This document shows positions 1 to 13,965 of a DNA stretch of 64,000 nucleotides, piece after piece. Under the pieces are notes generated by a model that saw only the letters and a list, made by a program, of their open reading frames with translations, did no database searches and was not told the DNA's origin. The first letter of the stretch is position 1. Each line of letters opens with the position of its first letter. A program made the translations under genes and the position numbers. This stretch comes from Geosiphon pyriformis uo1 (lineage: Eukaryota; Fungi; Glomeromycota), in NCBI GenBank assembly GCA_016748015.1, contig JAAOMT010000009.1:638459-702458 (forward strand), given 5' to 3'.

Positions 1-358
1 GGTTTTTTAAAATATGCTGGTTCTGCCAAAATTACTAATAAGACAGCTGCTTACTTTCTAGCTGTGAATACAAATATTAGTGTTAAAATGTATAGGCTTC
101 TGTTTTTTATAATGGCCAAATTACAGACTGATATGCTGTTTTTGGAATGTATTTCATCTTTTTTTACAGTAATCTTGTATCTGGATAGCCAATCTGCTAT
201 TAATATATGTATTTCTGAGATTGTGTTTGTTACACCAGATTTTCATAATTAGTATTGAATGAAAAAGAAGCATATTACTAATCTAATTAAAAATAAGATT
301 TTTTTGTTAAATAAGTGAAAATTAAAGATTATTTAAGTATTCTAAATAATATTAAGAC

Positions 359-3300
359 TAAAGTTTTGATGTTTAGTCTAATTTAGTTTAAGTTTAATTA
401 AACCACTGAATTAAACCAAACTTGAACAGAAAATTTGGCAAAATTTTGAACTTAAACTTAAACCAAACTTAAAATTACTGAGCTTAAACTGAATTCAAAC
501 ACATGTAACAAATTTGGTTTAAGTTTGGTTTAAAGTTCATAAATATATTTAAATTCGATTATTAAAAACATTATATTATATTATATTATTATTTAATTTT
601 TTTTTAATAATCTTTGTATCTATAATCAAAAACACTATATTGCTTTTATAGTTTAAGATACTAAGCAAAATTTCATATTTGTAATCATATTCTTACTTAT
701 AGAAAAAATATGTTTAAAAACAATAAATAATTTTTAAATTGCCAAATAATTATAAGCTATATATGCAAGACAAAAAAATTGTGTTTGATGTGTTTAAATA
801 TTAAATTATTAATAAAATGTTAATTTAAATAAATATTTTTGTAATATATTTTTTACCATGTTATTACATCTATTTTTTTATTGGCTATTTTTTAGAGATA
901 TAACAATCAATTTTGTTAAGTTTTTCTTTTTTATTATTATTAAAGTTTGTCTTTAATATAAATTATATGACTAATATTATAGTATCATTAAAATTGCTAT
1001 TCAACAAAAAACTATCATTTAAATTGATATAATATTTAATATATACTTTATTTCAAAAAAAGTACACATTTTAAAGATTTATTTATTGTGTATAAGTTAG
1101 AAAATAAAACTATTTAAATAAATTAATAATTTACAATTCTTTTGTTTTATTAATATTATTATCTAAAAATTTTTTTTTGTGAAATAATAAAATTTTTTTT
1201 TGAATCTAATGTAGTGCAAAACATTATAATTGTATTTGTTTTAGAGTAATATTTAATTAACTTTCTTTTTGCTGTCTTAGCTACTATAATAAATAATAAA
1301 TCTAATATTAAATATGTTAAATAAATAAATAAATACAATTAAAATTATAATGTTTTACCAGATTTATTGTTATTAACTGTGTTTTCAATGTAATTAAAAA
1401 TGATATTAAAAAGAAAAATAATTGAAAAAGCAGTATTATTTAAACTGGCTAATATTTTGACCTAATATTCTTAAATGATTCAAAAAATTTAACAATTTTA
1501 TTAAAAACAGTTCACTAATTATATGAAATAACATATTGATAAAAATCAATATAAATGCTAATAAGAGTGTTTAATGTCTATAAATTTACAGTTAGAATTT
1601 TTGTATTCAAAATATATGAAATCAGAAATAAATAACTTGCCAATTTAAGAGATAACCTATTTTTGATTATATTATAAGTAGAATTCTATCAGATAGAACA
1701 ATCCAAAATGAGTTTATAGTATTTAATTTAACATGTATTACAGATATATTTAAAAAGCTCAAAATGTTAAGATAAAGTATGAATTGCAAAGTTAAGTTCC
1801 CTAATCTTTAATTTATACAAAGTTTACATTAAGAAAATTTTAGATAAATATATTTAATTTGGGTTTTTAACAAATATCTTAAAAACATTATTCTTTATTT
1901 TATTTAAAACCACCTGTACTGCTAAGTTTAGAATATAATCAAAGCATCAAAATTGAAGATCTTTTAAGTTCTATTAAATGTTTTTTTTAATTTTTTTACT
2001 AATTTTCTTATAAAAGTATTATTATTTGTGGTATTATTGAGGATAATAACAAAAAGCTATTAAAAAAAATTAGGTTATAACTAATAAAATTAATAGTAAA
2101 CTTATATAAAAAGAGGAAAAATATAATTTTTTTTTAAACTTTTTTTTTAAACTTTTTGGCTGAAAATTCAATTTAAGACAATAATAAAAACCACTTAAGC
2201 TAACATTAAAAAAATGCAGTTTTTAATGATATAAGCACTGTAGTAATTTTAAGTCTTAAATAATACTAATACCAAAAATTCAGCTTTGAACAATAATGAA
2301 AACCAACTTAACTCAACATTAAAAAAATGTAATTTTTAATAATATAGGCACTGTAATAACTCTGAGTTTTAAATAATACTAATGTTAAAAATTCAGCTTT
2401 GAAGCAATGATAAAAACTAACTTAAGCCAATATTAAGAAAATACAATTTTTAATAATATAGGCACTGTAGTAACTTTAAGTTTTAGATAATATTAATATG
2501 CTGTATAGTATATTGATTTTATTATTGGCTATTAACTAATTCAAATTTATATAAAAATATATGTATGTATCTTTAATGTAATTTTTTAATTTTTTAATAC
2601 TTTAAAAAATTTATTTGCAAAATTTATTTTATTATGTTATTTATTTATTAATCCAAAATCAATTATTGTTTATTAAAGATTCCAATTGTTATTAATATAA
2701 TAAGTAATAACAAAAACAAAGACTTTGTTATTAGAAAATATTCAAAAATTTGATATAAAAAAATTTTTAAACTTAATAGTATTTAAGTATATTAATCATA
2801 TTATAAGTATAAATAAAAGAAAAGAGATATTTTATAATAAAGATAATGCTTACTGTCTATCCAAAACATAAAGTTTTATGACTCTATTCTTAATTATATT
2901 AGCACAAACAGATTAAGAAGTAAGGTTCAAATATTGAAATATTTTAATTAATTTAGAATTTTTTATTATAAAAAGTAATCACTAATAGTTAATAAGTCAA
3001 ATAATAATCATATTATAAAGTTTTTTATTATCAACATTAATAGTAGTTACTATAAAAGACTAGAACAGTTTTTTAATTGAATTAACCAAAAATCATAAAA
3101 AAAATAGCAATTTTATTTGTTAAAATATTTTTTTAATTAACTTATAATTTTTTTGAACATTTTGTCTTTTTTTATGATATTTTTTTGTTATAATATATAC
3201 TGTCTAATAGAAAGTCTCTAAATAGTACTATAAAAATTTAGTAGTACTTGTAATTTTATAAAAAAATGGTTTATGTATATATTTTAAAACTATATATTTA

Positions 3301-3781
3301 GCTGTTTTTTTTGTTTACTCAAACTTATTAAAATAGTTCTATATTTTACTCTAAAAACTACATTTACCAAATATATTATTATTTGGACTATTTGAATTAT
3401 TAAATTCCATTATTTTGGATTTTAAATCTTCAGTAACATTGGATAATACTAATAATAAATTTATTTTGGTAAGTTGAAAAGTGAAATTGTTATACATATA
3501 TAATTTTATATACCTTTTTAACTAATTATAGTAATTAAACAAAGTAATAATTAATGAACAAGTAGTGCAAATTATATATTTTTTTAATTTCATCAAACTT
3601 AAATAAATTTATGAACTTTAAACCAAATTTGTACTAAGTTCAGACTTGTCAAAAAAGTTCAATGCCAAACTTAAACCAAATCTATTTTGAAAAATTGGTT
3701 TAATTTAAGTTTAGTTTGTAATTCAAACCAAGCCTAAACAATATTCAAAGTTTAATTTGGTTTATTTCAATTAAAACTCTA
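359..3781 (-). mobile_element. Degenerate hAT DNA transposon
   Basis: Termini are TAAAGTTTTGA (359) and revcomp TAGAGTTTTAA (3781). A subterminal inverted match links 521-550 with 3601-3630. The 8-bp flanks ATTAAGAC and GTTAAAGC both derive from GTTAAGGC by G->A. Minus-strand ~635-790 reads approximately HQTQFFCLAYIAYNYLAI*..FKHIFS..MIT..*TIKAI*C, resembling the hAT C-terminal dimerisation motif. Confidence 0.8.
2163..2500. repeat. Three tandem copies of a ~113-bp unit inside the hAT element
   Basis: Units start AAAATTCA at 2163, 2275 and 2388. They share ...GCACTGTA(G/A)TAA...AATACTAAT cores. Confidence 0.85.
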
Positions 3782-4929
3782 GTTAAAGCTAATGTAATAA
3801 TAAGTATAACTGCTTATTCTTCTTTTTTTTTGCTAACTGAAGTTTAGAAATAGTTTATAATAGCTAAAAAAATAACTGTATTTGACAATATTTATTATTT
3901 TGTTTATAATTTATACAGATCTATTTGTTGTACTAGATAAAAAGCTGGTCTTGATTATAACATAATTCCAAATACACTGATTAAAAAGATGAATTGGTTG
4001 GCTATTATGAGAATCTAACATTCTAACTTATATATGTTTTCTGAATTTATTAATAAAAAATTTGCAAATTAGTACACATACTTAATAAAAGCTATACATA
4101 AATGACTATTAATAACAGTTAAAAAAAAATTATATAACAAAATATATTTTGGTGTACTGTATGATAAGATAAAAGTCTTTAATTATGTTTTTATTTGTGT
4201 TAAGAATAATAGTATTCAGGAAAAAATTTTGAAAAAAGCTTTTATAAAGTAGGTATTATTAGTAGATACTTATTACTTATCTTTTTTTGCTGTTTTATAA
4301 ATGTTTTCTTAGTATTCTTTAAATATGAATCTATATGTAATAATTTATAAGAAATTTATGCTAAAAGACTAATGTGCTAAGACTATTATAGTTTTTAATA
4401 AGAGAATAAAAGCTGCTTCTATTTTTGTTAAATATATGAAGCATCTAATAAAATTATATTATACTAAAATTTGGCTTATAAAATCTAAGTATAAAATAAA
4501 TATAAAAAAAACTAGATTGATTAAAAATAATAGTTTAGTTTTAGGTTTGTCTTATTATATGGTATATATATTATCAGATGGAATGATTTGGTTATTTAGT
4601 TTAATAAAATCTTTTGTAATTAGCTTTAATAGACACAAACTGTGCTTTTTTTTTTTTGGTTTAAGTAAAAATATATATATTAATATAGACATTTAGTGTT
4701 GTTTTGTTTGGCTTAAGTAGCTGGTCCAAGTAGCTAGTCACATATAGTAAAAACATAAACTGTATTTAACTTAAGCCACTTAGTTTAGTTCTGTATACTA
4801 GATAGTAATTGGGCTTTACTTATTAAAATATTAATAAAAAATAAATAAATAAATAAATTTTTATATATATATTTAAAGTAATTAAATTAATATTTTAGAT
4901 TATAATTTATATATAATAAAAATTTATTT

Positions 4930-5495
4930 GTTTATTAATATTTGTTAATAATGTTTTTTTTTTGGAAATTTATGTTTAATATAAGTTTAAATATATTTTT
5001 AGTGTTTTAATTATTAATATTAAGTATTAAAAACAATAATTTGTATATAACTTTGGGTAAAAACTTTGTTTTTAAAGATTGATTTGTAAAAACCAAGTTT
5101 ATTTTTGGTAATACAAAGCTTATTGTATTGAAATTGGTTAATTTGGTTTATAATAATTGGCCATAAAAAACATATTTGGTTGTGTAATTCTAAGCTTAAA
5201 GTTAATATAAAAAAGAAAAACTTGTTATTATGTAATAATTCTGTGTCTGTTATTATGTATGGTCTATTAGCCTCTTTGTTAAAAGTGTGGTGTAGCTGTC
5301 ATGAGTTTTGGTCTGAAAAGGAAATGCTTATTTTTTTCTGGGTTGGGTGGTAAGATTTTGGTTAATATTGTAGTCTTAATTGGTTCGAGTGGCTGGTCAC
5401 ATGTGGAAAATGCGTAAATCACATTTAATTTGGAACACTTGGTTGTTTTATTGTATTGGGCCTCACTCGTTAAATAAATAAAGAAATAAAAACTT
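4930..5495 (+). mobile_element. 5'-truncated LINE 3' end
   Basis: ORF2 C-terminal relic, then the conserved module TGGTTCGAGTGGCTGGTCACATGTGGAAAATG (5381-5412) and an A-rich tail. The left boundary is approximate. Confidence 0.7.
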
Positions 5496-5817
5496 TATTT
5501 ATTTAAACAAAAATTATAAAAAAATTTTGTTTTTTAATAAAATATATTGATTTAATATTTTTTTGTAGGTTTTTATCAAAAATTAATAAATTTAGAAATT
5601 CATATGTAAATGTTTTTGCGAAATTGTTTAGTAGTGGATGAAAAAGAACATGATTGCCATACATTCTGTTTTTATATGTTCGTGAACAAGCCTGATGGGT
5701 AAAAAAACACATTTAATGATATTCATTATATCTCAGAATCACATTTGTAAAAGAAATAAAATTATAGGATAATTCAATAGCTAGGTTGCTCATTCAGAAA
5801 TTCCTAATTTTTTAACA

Positions 5818-8224
5818 ATGCCGTCTGAAAGAATACTTTCCATCAAAGAAATCGAGGAACAAGCGAGTGCTGGTGTCAAAGTTTATCGCAATATTACATT
5901 AAAGACCCACTTGAGAACAGTTTCCACGATGCTTCAACAGGTACCCTTCGCGTAAAGTTGTGTTTTTGTCTTAACATTTTCTCAAAATGATTCTCTTCTT
6001 AGGCAAATAGCTACAAGAAAGAAGGAAATTTTCAAGAGGCCTATAAATTCTACATGAGATTTGCAATGTAAAGCGTTTTTCAATGTGACTTATTCAAATT
6101 TCATCTCGTGTAATTTTACTTGGTTTCTTATAGCATGGCTCTTGAAAAATTGCCGGAGGAACATCCAGAATACAAAAAGCTAAAATATAAACCAGATATA
6201 ATTGTTCTCAATAAGGTCAGTGCAGCTTTATTTGAAAATAAGTTTGCTTGATTAATTTCTTCACTTTCCGCGCTCTTCGACGATTTTCCTATATTGACCA
6301 GAACGCCCATAAAGTACTGGAAGAAATTGCAGCTTTGAAACCAGCTCTTGAAGAAAAATTCAATGTTTATAAAAGAGTTCAAGAAGAAGCTTTCAGAAAT
6401 AAAGTTGAATTGCGCTTGAAAGAAGAGCAACATGGAAACGAATTGACTGAGAAGCCGAATGAAAGTTCTGGAGAAACTTTTAAAATTCAAGAAAATTGGT
6501 CACTGATGGAGGAATTGAAAGATACAAATCTGCGCCAAAGTGACGCTAGGACTGAAATATCGTATCCTCTAAAGTCTTTCAATTCTTTCAAAAAAATTTT
6601 CGACATAACTATATGATCCTTAATGTGATTTGATATATGGTTCCCCAATGACATAAGCTATAAAGAAAAAGACACTTCGACAGAAACGGTAAACTCTTTA
6701 GGTTCCATATTTTGAAGATACTACGAATAATATTTATATTGAAATTTTTGTGGGTTTATTCGTAGAGAATATCCTATCCTGGAGTCTCTGACCATAATCA
6801 GAGTGACGGGTTTGATATCAATTCATAAAAAATGCAAATATAATTATATTAATTTTTATTGACCAAAATTTTCTAAATATCAGATATTCATATTCTGCAA
6901 CAATTCCTATTGGCTCTACGACCATCCAAAATGCGCCATTTATGACATATCAACCATCGTTTCCACAACCCCATCCAATTTCGCATCATCAAATCCCATC
7001 ACCATATACTGTTTCATCTGCAATCCCACATTCTAGCCCACCACCGGCTACGTTCACAGCCCCCCATATGCCAATTGCAGCACCTCCTTTTGCAATTGGG
7101 CCACCATCTTATCCTTTCCAACCTCCTGCGTTACCTCCAAAGGTCCCACGTGATACACGACCCAGTTTAGCACATAGACCTCCATTGCCTCCAAAACCAA
7201 GTGGGTACCTGTCAGATGCATACTTCACAAATAATTCTTCCACTGAGCCATTGAAAAAGGAAGAGTTTGCTCATGGTATGAAGGTCTTTATGTTTGGTTG
7301 GCTTTTAAAACCTATAGGTAAAGGATCTCAAATACTTGTTATAGATGTAGAATTTCAAGATTATACAGAAGGAGGAGAGCCACTTCGCGGGATATCAGTG
7401 CCTTTGGATATAGCCAAAAAGTTTTTGAGAATTGCTTCTCCAAATACAAAGAAGAATCTTGAAACATGTGGAATCCTTGCTGGAACTTTGGTATGCAGAT
7501 ATTCTAATTGAGATTATCATATTTTTAATATATTTGAATTCCTACTAACTACACCTTATCCTCACTAGTCACAAAATTCCTTTTGTATCACCACTCTTAT
7601 TATTCCAAAACAGACCGCAACTTCAGACACTTGTACAGCTACTAACGAAGAAGAATTTTGCGAATTTCAAGATGAAAACAATTTACTAATGCTGGGATGG
7701 ATTCATGTAAGGGATTAGATACCTTTTGAGTCGTTCCTCATTTGGATATTTGAAACGAGATTCATACTCTGCTTTGATTTCAATATTTCAAGACACATCC
7801 CACCCAAACTTGCTTCATGAGCTCTATGGATTTGCACACCCATTCTTCTTATCAAATGATTTTGCCGGAGGCAATAGCAATTGTATGCGCCCCAAAATAT
7901 AAAGAGTAGGATTTTTATGTTTACTGAAGTTTATTCTATATCTATAATTTTGTAACAAAGAGGTTTCTTTATTTAGAGTTGGCATATTCCGGCTGACCAG
8001 TCCTCCTGGCTTACAAATTGTCCTAAACTGTGAAGAAAGAGGATTTCATCCACATCCTAATGAATTTAATATATGCAAGGTGAACATTTTGTGGTAATCG
8101 TTTAAAAAAATCTCGACTCGATCTAATTGGCAATTTTAACGCTTGATCAAATCAGAATTTAAATGAATGGCCCAGTCACGTCGTTATGAAAGATATGGAT
8201 GTAAATGTTGTTGATTTGCGATAG
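5818..8224 (+). CDS. AMSH: AMSH/STAMBP-like (Sst2) JAMM/MPN+ deubiquitinase, multi-exon
   Basis: ATG at 5818. Exon 1 is 5818-5940, GT-AG intron to 6002, exon 2 reads [20 protein letters not shown] (N-terminal MIT/USP8-dimerisation type). A Pro-rich linker follows. JAMM motifs [18 protein letters not shown]|[27 protein letters not shown] and [16 protein letters not shown] are present. The gene ends VVDLR-TAG at 8222-8224. Confidence 0.93.
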
Positions 8225-8571
8225 CATATTCTCAGCTTGAAATATATTCCATTCGTTCTTAAAAGTTTCTGAGATTCATTATTTAAATGAAGATGGAATA
8301 CGTTGCTTGGGAATAGGGATTATCCTATCGCCCAAATTTTGGTTGAGATTATTCATTTTTATAGCGATAGCGGTTTTGAAAAACTTTCGGAATATGTTAT
8401 TGGTAGCTTGTATAAACAACCTTTCAACAGTGAAATATGTAGAATTTGTTTACACACTAGTAAGTTGTCCTTTACAAAAAACAGCTCAAAACACATCATT
8501 TCTCACTATATAGAAATGATTTATTACAATTACATTATTTGTGAGATTGATTTCATATTCGAATTTCCCAA

Positions 8572-9104
8572 CTAGCTACTAGTTTGCTGCCATTTTATAC
8601 GTATCTTTTTAGGAGTTACCTGTTCCTTAACCCTTGGTGGGACCAATACATTGTCCATACAATGAAGCCGCTTCTTGATTGCTTCCTTTATATTTGAGAA
8701 AGTTTTTATCATTTTTCTGAGGATATTCTGCAAACAAGTCAGCCAAAGAATTTTTTTAAGAAGTTACTTTAAGGTGAATTTGACCATTTACCTTAACTTG
8801 CAACATTGTTCGTGCTATCGTTATAACTTCGCCTGACTTCTCCGACAGCGTGGGAATATTAAATTCTTCCAGTTTCGTGGATCCGTGATATCCACCACCA
8901 AGATACACATTTAATAAAACCCGAATGAAGAACCGGGAAGAAACAAATCCAGGTAAAAGTAATTAATTGGAGGCTTGAATAATTTGTGCTGGGAGAAGTC
9001 CATTACCAGCTTCAGATAAGGTGTTCATTAACATTCGGTGAATGTCCCCGAGCGTTTTTTGTACCTTCAATGTATTATCAAGGATCTTTTGTCCGTTTTC
9101 AATT
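8572..9104 (-). pseudogene. 5'-truncated two-exon gene remnant, hypothetical protein
   Basis: Exon 9104-8792 reads KIENGQKILDNTLKVQKTLGDIHR...QASN*LLLPGFVSS...MLQVK with one internal TAA. A phase-0 GT-AG intron spans 8791-8728. Exon 8727-8572 reads NILRKMIKTF...WQQTSS*. The 5' end abuts a LINE ORF1 fragment. Confidence 0.65.
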
Positions 9105-10790
9105 TTAGACCCTCACCTGATCCTGTGATGAAGAGCCCACCAGTGGCTGACATTCAGGGCTAGGCTGGGGAACTGTTGGCACAAGTGTGTCCAACCTCTT
9201 AGCCAATTCACTAATTTGTTCTGTGAGGCTGGCAAAACTGCTTTCAATTTTCTTAAAACATTTTTCCATCACATTTACAACCAATAAAAAAGGTTTGATT
9301 TCATATGAAAAACCAAACCAAAAAAGATTATTAGAAGATATTTGAGAAAGAGGATTGCTAACCACAAACAAAAGTTATTGAACAGACAATAAAAACAAAT
9401 TTTTTATTATCTATTTTAGCTAATTTAAGTTGATTTAAAACTAAAAGAAAAGTTTTTTTTTTTTGAGCACCAACATATTATTTACTAAATTACAATTAAG
9501 AAAGATATAATCAAGCTTAAAAACAAATAAGATCAATAAAGAATAACACTTTTTATAATAAGAATTATAATTATTGTTTTAATCAAATTTTTTTTATAGT
9601 TAAAACACATAATAATACACTTAATATAAGTATAGTTAACCAAATTGTGATCAATAATACATGTTTTTCTACTAATTAAATCAATAAATTTCCAAAGATT
9701 ATAAGTAGTTGTTTTTACAAAAAGTATATAAAACAAAGTCTTAAATTTATCTTTAAAATTCTATATTTGTTTATTAATATTAGCTTTAATTACACAAACT
9801 GAATTTTTTTTAATAAGGATAGACTACTCAAATATCAAAAAATTAGTCTAACTTTGATTATTTAGTTCTATAATATCTTCTGTTATAGTTCTACTAATTA
9901 TATTTTAATTAATTTAATAATATTATAATTAGTAAATACAACTTATACAGTCTTTACAAATATTTCTACAAGAATTTTTTTTATGACAATTATTCAATCT
10001 ATATAATTGTTTATTAGTTATTTAAGATTGGTGTTTATTATAACATTATGATTATTAATCAGATTAGTTATAGTTAATATTGTTTTTTTAAAAGTAAAAA
10101 ACACCCAAATAATTTTATCAAATTTTGAAAAAATAAAAGTCTTTTAAAACTATTTACATTAAAAAATATAGTTTTAATAAATTTTAATTTGTTTTAAGCT
10201 AATTTATTAGTAATAACTAAAAAATTAATATTCAAAACAAATAATTTACAAACCAAAAGTTTAAAAGAAAAAGAAAAAAACTTGTTCAGAATATTATTTT
10301 TATTATTACTATTAATATTAAAATTAATTATATTTAATGACTTTTTTAAAATATGTTTTATTATAATTCTTTTTAGTTTTTTAAGAATTATATATATATC
10401 TTTATTATTAGACTTATTATTATTTTCTAGTTAAAAACTCATTTTTTTAACAAAAAAATTTTTTTTTATATTTATATTCTTTATAATAGTATTCTTAAAT
10501 TCAAAATTATTTAAATTACTAAGTGGCAAATTATTTTTAAAAGCATTAATACTAATACTCGCAACAGATTTTTTCGGAATTTCATTTTTGCACTTTTTTT
10601 TAATAAATAAGTTTATTATAGTTAAACCAAAACCAAACTTTTTTTTAATATTTTTCATATTTAAATCACTGCTAAAATCAATAGTTTTATATTTGAACAA
10701 AAAGAGTTTGAATTATTAAGCTAAATAACAAAAAATAAAATAAGACAGAAAAAAAACTTTTTTTAAAATATTACACTTTTTTAGAAATTT
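9105..10790 (-). mobile_element. Degenerate LINE 5' portion (ORF1 relic), 3' part missing
   Basis: A coiled-coil ORF1 C-terminal-like peptide IESSFASLTEQISELAKRLDTLVPTVPQPSP is comparable to IASLEHFIEFLLDQVSKILRKL in LINE ORF1 at ~24.2 kb. An eroded N-terminal relic lies at 10431-10700, followed by a T-rich 5' UTR. Confidence 0.55.
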
Positions 10791-13700
10791 TTAGATATAT
10801 TAATAATAATTATTTTAATTTTATTTAAATTTGGTTAAATAGTTTTTTTTTTATTAATATTTAACAAATAAGACCCAAATATTACCTAGTGCAATACATC
10901 AAACTAAATAATCTAAACTAGGCACAAATTATGCATTTTCTACACATAACCAGTCACTCAAACTGATCAGAACAACACTATAAATTTATTATAACAGACA
11001 CAATTCTATCAAAATCAGAAAAGAAACAGCAGAGTTTACAAAAACCAAAACAGACACCAAGCACCTCAATAACACCTAGTAACCTAACTACTCTAGCCAA
11101 AAATAGAGATAACAGACTCCAGGTCACAGGAAGAACAGAACCATCATGGGGAACCAAACCACTTTTTTCCATAAAAACCCTATATTTGGCCTTAACCAAC
11201 CATATGTCAGCATGGTGAGCAGCACCAAAATTCCAAACAAAGTTAATAATAACTCTACTCACTAATTTAGTATTATTTAAAACAGACACAGCCTTCAGAT
11301 ACCAATCCCTGAACAAGAAGTCTTTATTCAAAGTGGTGTATAACTCATCATCAGAAATGCACAAAGAAAGCATTTGTGAGATCTGAGACAAATAAAGACC
11401 TAAACCAGACACAGCACACCACTTAGCCAGATAGAAAGCAAGCAGATTCTTATGGACTTCAGAGTCAAATACACACACAAAAAAGTGATCAGAGCTTTTC
11501 ACCTCTCCATAATAAAGACACAAAACACTCGGATAATCTTTGTTATACAAGTGCTTCTGTACAGCAACCAGCAGGCAGTGATACAAAGCTTTCAAAAAAT
11601 ATGATTGCAAATTAGTAGTAGACTTGTTGATAAAACCAGCTGCCATGTATAAGTCGGGGTGCTAGACTAAAGCAGTACAAACCCAATCCACATTACCAAT
11701 CATATCTTTGCTAATAACAGCAGAACCAGATCCAGCCTCCTAACACACATAATTCACTGACCTAAAAACATTTCAAGCAAAATGTCAAACATTACCAGAC
11801 ATTGCCATCTCACCAGTCTTAATAAATATCTCCTTAACCAAAACAAGAAGCACCAAATCCGAGCTTGCAGCAAGATTGGCCAACTTGTCAGCATGCTCAT
11901 TATCCGCAACACCCAAATGTTCTTTAATCTTATGCCAAAAAACACTAAGCTCTTTTCTCTTAATCAGATTAACAATACCATGTTACTCCAACTAGCAATG
12001 GTTGTGAAAGTCTAGAGAAGCCAAAATAGACTCAGCAGCACAAGCATCTAAGGCAGCCTAACTGTTCAAATAAACCACAACAGAACTGTGAAAAGGAACA
12101 CATTCCAATACCAAACCAATTACTTACAGCTTAGCCAAAGTGGAGGAAACCAACCTGCCAACCCTAATGCCAATATCTTGATTCATATTTGAAAAGTAAG
12201 CAGCCACACTACATCTCATTTTCCATGTACCAAAATTTTTTAAAAATCTATCTATGTAAATCTTAATGATATTTATGTTAGAATTAGTAAGACACTGTTT
12301 TAGCAAAAAAACACCACCCAGATCACCAACATCCAATAATTAGAGTCCAGCAGCAGATAGACTACCATTAAGAGAGGAGTGAACCAAGAAGTCACATCCC
12401 AATTCAAACCAATGAGATACTAGGCCTCTTGGATCGAGCCTTTTCCAATGACGGAAGCTTTTCCAGTCAAAAATCAAACCTCTTTTGGTATACAGCTGTT
12501 TAATAAAAACAACCCCAAACCTTTTGAGTAAGCGCAAAACTTCATAAAACAAACAATCTTTTAGAACTGAGGACATCGGTGTCCCACCAGAAAAATGAAA
12601 TGCTGTATAAAAAAAGTTACCAAGAGACATATCACAATCCAAAAAAATTCTAACAACACCAGTCAAAAAATTGTTGACTAAACTGACACGTAACCCAACT
12701 AAGCAACACAAAGGGTGAACAGACAACCAACTTAGAACCTGTAGGTCAAGAAACTTATGAACAAACAAGCGACTCAAAAGCCCTTCAGCATTTGAAAAAC
12801 TCAGGACAGAAGCTATTTTGCACTTGGCCTGTAACTGCTCAAAAGACTTCAGACTATATAAAGACAGATAGTGAAGAGTCTTATTAAGAAAATCCCTTGA
12901 AAGCCCAGTCTTAAGCCTTAAACTTTTTCTAATCAACATGTCTCACTTAGCACACACACCTTTAGAAAGAAAACTAAACTGAGATCTGTAACCAATAATG
13001 AGCTGCAACACAGCCAACACCAGATAGAGAAACTGTTTATCTGAAATAGTCTTTTGTAAAACCATATTAACAAAGAATTTAACATCTGAATAAGCCTTTA
13101 CTAGACTGGGTTTGAATAAACCCTTAGATGACAAATAAATCCCAAGATATCTATAAGACTCCCTCTTATGAGCAATCGAAATTGGCAAACTGCTTATTGA
13201 CAGTGGTGCTTTCTTTACCCTTTTGTTGATAGGAATAGCCACAGTTTTCTCATTATTAATGGAGATGTTATTTATACTGAAAAACTTACTAGCAATGTCC
13301 AAAATGTATTGAGTAGTGGCCTGGCTACTTTCCACCCATATTGTGTCATCAACAAAAGCATCAGCTGTCAAAAACAAAGTCAAATTACCTTGGTTTTTTA
13401 ACCTACCAGTCTTAACAACAAACTTGGAGTCAATACGGTATTCACACAAGCTTTCATGTTTTTTAACCTCACATAAAAGGAGGTCATAGAAGATCTTGCA
13501 CAGCAAGGGAAAAAACACTTCACTCTGGTCAAGACCATCATACACCTGGTACTTATTAATCAAGCCAAAATCAGTCATAACATAATTAACACGATCATTG
13601 TAAATACTCCCAAAGAATCTGATAAAATGATCACACATCTTAACTTGAACCAAACTATTCCGCAAGTGGTACCAACCCACAGAGTCATAGGTCTTCCACA

Positions 13701-13965
13701 TATTCTGTAAAACAAGCTAAAGTTCACAATTTTTTTCTAAAGCATCCTCAATGACCAAACCAATGGCAAAAATAGGAGACTGGGTAGAAGTGCCCTTCAG
13801 TACAGAGAAATTGTCATCACAGAGAACATCAAATGCATTGCACACCAATAAAATCTTATCAGAAAGTATCTTAGAGAGAATTTTATGAGCAGTCTCAATT
13901 AAAGCTATTGGCTTAGTATTGGTCAAAATGCCCTCTTACTTATAGAGCTTTGAAATTATAGACAC

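Larger units (their letters stand above)
1..4860 (+). mobile_element. Degenerate LINE 3' half (RNase H to 3' tail), split by the hAT insertion at 359-3781
   Basis: Relic RNase H peptide VILYLDSQSAIN at ~170-205. Reading KDYLSILNN-VKA-NVI resumes across the insertion. The conserved LINE 3' module at ~4690-4825 is homologous to 10870-10980(-) and is followed by an A-rich tail. Confidence 0.75.
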
